Position numbers and translations under genes: made by a program
The notes under the pieces: model-generated
The model's database searches: none
The model's input: the letters and a program-made list of their open reading frames with translations, nothing else
What the model was told of the DNA's origin: nothing
Part shown: positions 13,448 through 18,087 of the stretch, piece by piece
Layout: each line of letters starts with the position of its first letter
How positions within the stretch are numbered: the first letter of the stretch is position 1
From: Candidatus Dormiibacterota bacterium
GTDB taxonomy: Bacteria > Chloroflexota > Dormibacteria > Aeolococcales > Aeolococcaceae
Length of the DNA: 18,087 bases
Assembly (NCBI GenBank): GCA_963709585.1
Contig: CAVPXI010000012.1
Span: 1 to 18,087 of the forward strand
Direction of reading: 5' to 3'

Positions 13448-15163
13448 ATATCGACACTTCCGTCCACAACAGCAATTCTCGGCACCTCGGAGCCGCTGGT
13501 GCCGCTGCAGATCGGCATCCTGCGGCCGCACACAGGAGCGACGGTGCCGCTCGCTGACGGTGGGATCCCCATCGAGGTGGACAGCGCGGTCGACCAGGGT
13601 GAGGTGACAGTCCTCGCCTTCGACGCGGCCTCCGGGCAAGCGTCCACGTGGGTGGGGACTCTGGCGCTCTTGCGCCATGTCCTGGTCACCGCCGAGCAGC
13701 GCGCCGCGCCGGCGGCGAACCCGGGAGCGCTGGAAAGCGACGGCTACCTCCTCGGCGAACTTCAGGACATCCCAGGACTGTTCGTTCCGAGCGCGGCGGT
13801 GCTCGGGATCGTCATCGCGGTGTACGTGCTGCTGATCGCACCCCTGACGTTCGTCGTGCTCTGGCGCCGGCGCCATGCCGCGCTCGCCTGGATCCTCGTG
13901 CCAGCCGTCGCCGTGACCACGACCGCGGTGATGATGGTGACAGGCCTTGGCACCGCGGGTCATGACGCGGCACTCAACGTGGTCCGCGTGGTGACGGTCG
14001 ACCCTCAGACCGGCACGGCGCGCGTGCAGACGCTCGGGGCGCTCTTCTCGCAGCACGGCGGATCCCGGCTGATCCAGTTTGGTGCTGCAGCCGACGCCAT
14101 GGGTCTGTCAGGTGTTCAGACCGGCTCCGGTGCCGTCGTCATCCTTCCCGGGCAGAACAGCGTCCTCGTCGAGGACGCCGGACCGGCGACGACCCAGGGG
14201 TTCGCCTCGGAGGCGACCATCCCCTACTCGGCTGCGGTCGTGGACGCATCACTCGCAGCCGCGCACATGAACGTCAGCGGCGCCATCACGAACATGCTCG
14301 GCACCGATGTGCTCGCAAGCGCGGTGCAAATCCCGGAGACCGGATGGAGTGACAGTGGGCCGCTGGCCTCAGGAGCGTCGGCGTCGATCAACCATGCGAT
14401 CAACCCGTCAACCGCCGCCCAAGGCTGCATCGGGTGCGGCTCGGGCGCGACCTCGTCCGGCGCGAGTCCCACGGTGCGAGCGAGCGAGATCATCAGCGCC
14501 ATCGAGGACGGCGCCTACGGCAGTAACTTTGGCGGCAACCCGGGACCCATCCCCGGCTTCGTCGCGGGCACCCTGGGCAGCGGACAGGCGCAGACCCAGG
14601 CGGTGTTCATCGGCGTCGTGCAAGGAAGGCTTCCCGGGCTGTCGCCCATCAACGCCGGCGGCATCCCCGTGACCGAGATGGACGCGATCGTCGTCCCACT
14701 CCACCTCGGGCGCGCGGCCGGTGACACCACAACCCAAGTGGCGAGCCTCGTTGATGTCATGGGCTCAACCGCGAGCACATCCGCGATTCTCGGCAACCTG
14801 GTGGTCACGGGGTCAGAGAGTGCCGTCTACCGCGCGCCGCTCGGCATCGGTTCGTACGCCAGCGTGCACGTCGAGGAAGACGGCTCGACGGCAGGGTGCG
14901 GCGGTGGCCCCCCGATACCCTGCAACGCCGGCGGCTCGGCGCCGACCGCGGGCGCGATCGCCCTTTCCGTTTTCAACCCCACGAGTGCGACATGGACCCC
15001 TCTCGCGACCCATGCGGTGAGCTCGGGAGTGGGCGCGACGGTTGACGGCCCGCTTCAGTACCTGCTTCCCGACGGATCCATACTGCTGCGCATGACTGCG
15101 CAATCGAGCGGCATCACCCTCACGCCGCCGCTTGTGACGCCCGTCGCCGAGGCCGCGTCGTGA
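13448..15163 (+). CDS. C-terminal part of the same protein: two TM helices and a large extracellular domain
   Basis: Same frame as 12635..13447 and open directly after the TAG; YVLLIAPLTFVVLWRRRH...WILVPAVAV TM hairpin; stop overlaps the ABC ATPase start (GTGA). Confidence 0.75.
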   Translation: MSTLPSTTAILGTSEPLVPLQIGILRPHTGATVPLADGGIPIEVDSAVDQGEVTVLAFDAASGQASTWVGTLALLRHVLVTAEQRAAPAANPGALESDGYLLGELQDIPGLFVPSAAVLGIVIAVYVLLIAPLTFVVLWRRRHAALAWILVPAVAVTTTAVMMVTGLGTAGHDAALNVVRVVTVDPQTGTARVQTLGALFSQHGGSRLIQFGAAADAMGLSGVQTGSGAVVILPGQNSVLVEDAGPATTQGFASEATIPYSAAVVDASLAAAHMNVSGAITNMLGTDVLASAVQIPETGWSDSGPLASGASASINHAINPSTAAQGCIGCGSGATSSGASPTVRASEIISAIEDGAYGSNFGGNPGPIPGFVAGTLGSGQAQTQAVFIGVVQGRLPGLSPINAGGIPVTEMDAIVVPLHLGRAAGDTTTQVASLVDVMGSTASTSAILGNLVVTGSESAVYRAPLGIGSYASVHVEEDGSTAGCGGGPPIPCNAGGSAPTAGAIALSVFNPTSATWTPLATHAVSSGVGATVDGPLQYLLPDGSILLRMTAQSSGITLTPPLVTPVAEAAS

Positions 15164-16092
15164 TCACCGGCACACACCTTGCCAGGGCCTTCGGGGCGCG
15201 CATCGCGCTGTCCGACTGCTCGTTCCAGATCAACACGGGTGCGGTGTTCGGCCTGGTGGGACCAAACGGCGCGGGCAAGACAACGACACTCCGCATCCTC
15301 GCGGGACTCCTCCAGCCAACGTCGGGAACGGCGTCGGTCGACGGCGTCGACGTGCTCGTCCATCCGCAGGTAGTACGCGAGCGCGTCGGCTGGATGCCCG
15401 ACTTTTTCGGTGTCTACGATCGCATGACAGCACGCGAGTACCTCACGTTCTACGCGTCGTGCTATCGCATTGCGCGCGCCCGCGTCGGCCCCATCGCCGC
15501 CGACCTGATGGACCTGGTGGGCTTGCCCGACCACCTGGACACACCCGTCGAGGCGCTCTCGCGAGGGATGAAGCAGCGGCTCTGCCTCGCCCGGGCACTG
15601 ATCCCCGACCCGCCCGTGCTGCTTCTGGATGAGCCCGCGTCGGGACTCGACCCCCGGGCGCGCGTCGAGCTGCGTGAGCTGGTCCGCGAGTTGCAGAGCA
15701 TGGGCAAGACGCTGGTGATCAGCAGCCATATTCTTCCCGAGCTCGCCGAGATGTGCACGTCGTTCGGGTTCATCGATGGCGGCCGGATGGTGGCGTCAGG
15801 GACGCTCGAGGAGCTGACCGGCGGCCGCGACCGCAGCACCCTGCTCATCAAGGTGGCCGGAGATGCGCACGCAGCGGCGGTGGCGCTGGACGGCGTGGAG
15901 CATGTGATCGCCATCCGACCCGGCGACGGCTGCCTCGAGGTGGATGTGCACGGCGCCTCCGAGGCCACCTCCGCGGTCCTGCAGGTCCTGCTCGCGGCCG
16001 GCGTCACCGTGACCGCCGTCAATCCAATGGGATCAAGCCTCGAGGACGTCTTCCTGCGTGTCACCGGTCAGCCGCTGGAGCAAAGCGCATGA
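15160..16092 (+). CDS. ABC-2 type transporter ATP-binding protein, 310 aa
   Basis: Walker A GPNGAGKT, signature LSRGMKQ, Walker B LLLDEP, H-loop SSH, C-terminal SLEDVF. Confidence 0.96.
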   Translation: MITGTHLARAFGARIALSDCSFQINTGAVFGLVGPNGAGKTTTLRILAGLLQPTSGTASVDGVDVLVHPQVVRERVGWMPDFFGVYDRMTAREYLTFYASCYRIARARVGPIAADLMDLVGLPDHLDTPVEALSRGMKQRLCLARALIPDPPVLLLDEPASGLDPRARVELRELVRELQSMGKTLVISSHILPELAEMCTSFGFIDGGRMVASGTLEELTGGRDRSTLLIKVAGDAHAAAVALDGVEHVIAIRPGDGCLEVDVHGASEATSAVLQVLLAAGVTVTAVNPMGSSLEDVFLRVTGQPLEQSA

Positions 16093-17132
16093 CCAGCATC
16101 GCTTCGTTGGTCTGGAACCCGATCATCGCCCGGGAGGCGCGGACCCGGATGCGCAGCAAACGAGCGGCGTTCATCCTGTTCTGCTGGCTGGCGGCGCTGG
16201 GCGTGGTGACCGTGCTCGCCTACCGGTCGGCGGCAGACCAGTCGGGGTCCGTCGCGGTGCTGGCACACTCCGGGGTGACGGTGTTCGGTGCACTGGTGGG
16301 GGTCGTCGTCGCGCTGGTGATGCTGCTCGTTCCTGGCCTGGTCGGGGGCTCGATCGCCGGCGAGCGCGAGCGCCAGACGCTCGACCTCCTGTTATGCACC
16401 CGCGTGCGTCCTTGGCGCGTGGTCGTGGGCAAGCTTGCCGCATCGCTCGCGTTCATGGGCTTCCTGCTTGTCGCCTCGCTGCCCATCCTCTCCGTGGTCG
16501 CGTTGCTCGGCGGCATCGCCTGGGGCGACATCCTCATCGTTGCCGGACTCGGCGCGCTGACGGCCGTGACAGTCGGCTCGATGTCGATCCTCTTCTCGGC
16601 AATCAGTAAAGGGCCGACGGGGGCGATCGTGTGCTCGTACATCGCCATGTTCGCCCTCCTGGTCGGACCGCTCCTCCTCGGTGGGTATCTGCTTGCCCAG
16701 GGCATCGGGACCAATTTCGGCGGCGGGGGATTCTCCTCGAGCAGCGGCGTTATCGGGCCCGGCGGAGCGATCGCATCGCCGGCTGTCGTCCAGCAGAGCT
16801 TGGCGCCGCCGATGGTCATGGCCATCAGCCCGGGGATGGCGATCGGCGCCGAGGTGGCGTCGATCTCGAATCAGACCTGCCCGTCCGGCGTTTTCAACAC
16901 CTTCGGCGGCGGCTTCAACGGATCCGGTTTTTCGTCCACGATCTACTCGAGTTCCAACTGCGGCGGGGTCAGCTTCGATCGCATCAGCTCGGGACCGCTC
17001 AACGGCTGGCACCTATGGCAGGTGTACGCGGTGTTCGCCGTAGCGTTCTCCGCGCTCTGCATCGGCCTCGCGATCGTCGCGCTCCGCGGCCGGGTGCCAT
17101 GGCCTCGGCGCGCGCGGCAGATAGGCGCATGA
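16089..17132 (+). CDS. ABC-2 type transporter permease, 347 aa
   Basis: ATG 16089 overlaps the ATPase stop (ATGA); NPIIAREARTRMR, SIAGERERQTLDLLLCT...VVGKL; about six TM helices. Confidence 0.92.
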   Translation: MTSIASLVWNPIIAREARTRMRSKRAAFILFCWLAALGVVTVLAYRSAADQSGSVAVLAHSGVTVFGALVGVVVALVMLLVPGLVGGSIAGERERQTLDLLLCTRVRPWRVVVGKLAASLAFMGFLLVASLPILSVVALLGGIAWGDILIVAGLGALTAVTVGSMSILFSAISKGPTGAIVCSYIAMFALLVGPLLLGGYLLAQGIGTNFGGGGFSSSSGVIGPGGAIASPAVVQQSLAPPMVMAISPGMAIGAEVASISNQTCPSGVFNTFGGGFNGSGFSSTIYSSSNCGGVSFDRISSGPLNGWHLWQVYAVFAVAFSALCIGLAIVALRGRVPWPRRARQIGA

Positions 17133-18087
17133 TCAAGTCCCAGCTCACCCTGGACGCGTCACTGCGGCCCCTGGTTCGCCGGGCGCGTGCAGATGCTGCC
17201 GCGAGGCGCCTGCTCGTGTTCGCGGCGGGCGCAACTGTCTGGGCCTGCGCCGTGCTGGCCGCCGCCCGCGTGTGGACGCTCCCGGTCGCGGCGCTGATCA
17301 TCATCGGAAGCGCCGTATGCCTGTCGGCCGGAACCGTCATGTCCGTCATACGCCGACCGTCTCCGCTGATCGCAGCGCGCACCGCAGACCGGCGCATGGT
17401 CCTCGCCGAGCGCCTCGCGACGGCAGTAGCGCTGGGCGACGGCACCACCGAAATCGGTGTGCGCCAGCGGATTGATGCGTCGTCGGTCGCGAGGGGTCTG
17501 CGGATGCGCGACGTCTACCCACTGCGCAACCTCAGATGGCGCGCTTTGGCGGTGGCCGTCGGTGTGGCGGCGGCGCTGACACTAGCGATGACAACACCGA
17601 GCAACGCGATAGCCGCGCAGCGCGCCGCCGGTGACCACGCCGCGATTCAGAAGGCGATCGCCGCCCTCAGCAAGCAGGAGCAGGCGGTGCATCGCGCGGC
17701 GACGACGCAGCCCGACCCGACGGGCTCCCTGCATCAGCTCGACGCAGCGCTGCGTGACGCGCTGGCGCAATTGCGGAAAGCGCAGAGCCCGGTTCGGGCG
17801 CTCGAGACGATCTCCCAGCTGGGCCAGCAGATCCAGGGGCTCGCCGACCCGACCCTCCCATCGCGTCTCGGCGCCGCGTCGGCCGCAGGCTCGGCCATGG
17901 CAGAGGCAGCAACACTCGGCCAGGTTGCGGCTGCCCTCGCGCAGGGCAACCTCTCGAGCGCAGCCGGGTCGCTGAGTTCGGTCGCCGGTTCGCTGCCTCA
18001 GCTCAGCCCGGCACAAGTTCATCAACTGGCCAGTGCACTGGCAGAAGCAGCCAAAGCGGGGACGGGAGACCGACCGCTCGCGACCGC
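17129..18087 (+). CDS. Membrane-anchored Ala/Gln-rich helical (coiled-coil) protein, 3' truncated by the window
   Basis: Absent from the ORF track because it has no stop. ATG 17129 overlaps the permease stop (ATGA). Manual translation MIKSQLTLDASLRPL... is open to the window end, with three TM segments, ARTADRRMVLAERLATAV motif and a heptad-like tail. Confidence 0.82.
   Translation, partial: MIKSQLTLDASLRPLVRRARADAAARRLLVFAAGATVWACAVLAAARVWTLPVAALIIIGSAVCLSAGTVMSVIRRPSPLIAARTADRRMVLAERLATAVALGDGTTEIGVRQRIDASSVARGLRMRDVYPLRNLRWRALAVAVGVAAALTLAMTTPSNAIAAQRAAGDHAAIQKAIAALSKQEQAVHRAATTQPDPTGSLHQLDAALRDALAQLRKAQSPVRALETISQLGQQIQGLADPTLPSRLGAASAAGSAMAEAATLGQVAAALAQGNLSSAAGSLSSVAGSLPQLSPAQVHQLASALAEAAKAGTGDRPLAT

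Noticed and set aside
15753-16088. Arg-rich N-terminal extension of the permease ORF
   Set aside because: It overlaps the ABC ATPase out of frame; the permease begins at ATG 16089.
17582-18025. ORF-track calls near the right edge (17582..18025 -, 17631..17975 +)
   Set aside because: Shadows of the open-ended CDS starting at 17129.

Overview
GC-rich bacterial chromosomal DNA. The gene families suggest a monoderm soil lineage such as Dormibacterota, Chloroflexota or Actinomycetota (inference only). Left part (1-8.6 kb), a pilus/c-di-GMP neighbourhood: a stand-alone prepilin-peptidase N-terminal (2x CxxC) domain, a DUF5658-like membrane protein, a PilT retraction ATPase, a decayed beta-propeller remnant, a coupled TadE-TadE-TadG pseudopilin cassette, and a membrane HAMP-PAS-GGDEF-EAL protein with a degenerate GSDEF site. 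Middle (8.9-12.4 kb), small stress and regulatory genes: DUF4242/SCO4226-like, ArsR-SRPBCC, tandem Usp, MarR, a small hypothetical protein and a lipoprotein, with several clear operator-like palindromes. Right part (12.6 kb to end), a coupled operon: a large exported/membrane protein split by one in-frame TAG, an ABC-2 ATPase, an ABC-2 permease and a membrane-anchored helical protein that runs off the window. Several single-base indels disrupt otherwise intact genes, so either the assembly has errors or the locus is decaying. No rRNA, tRNA, CRISPR array or mobile element was recognised.
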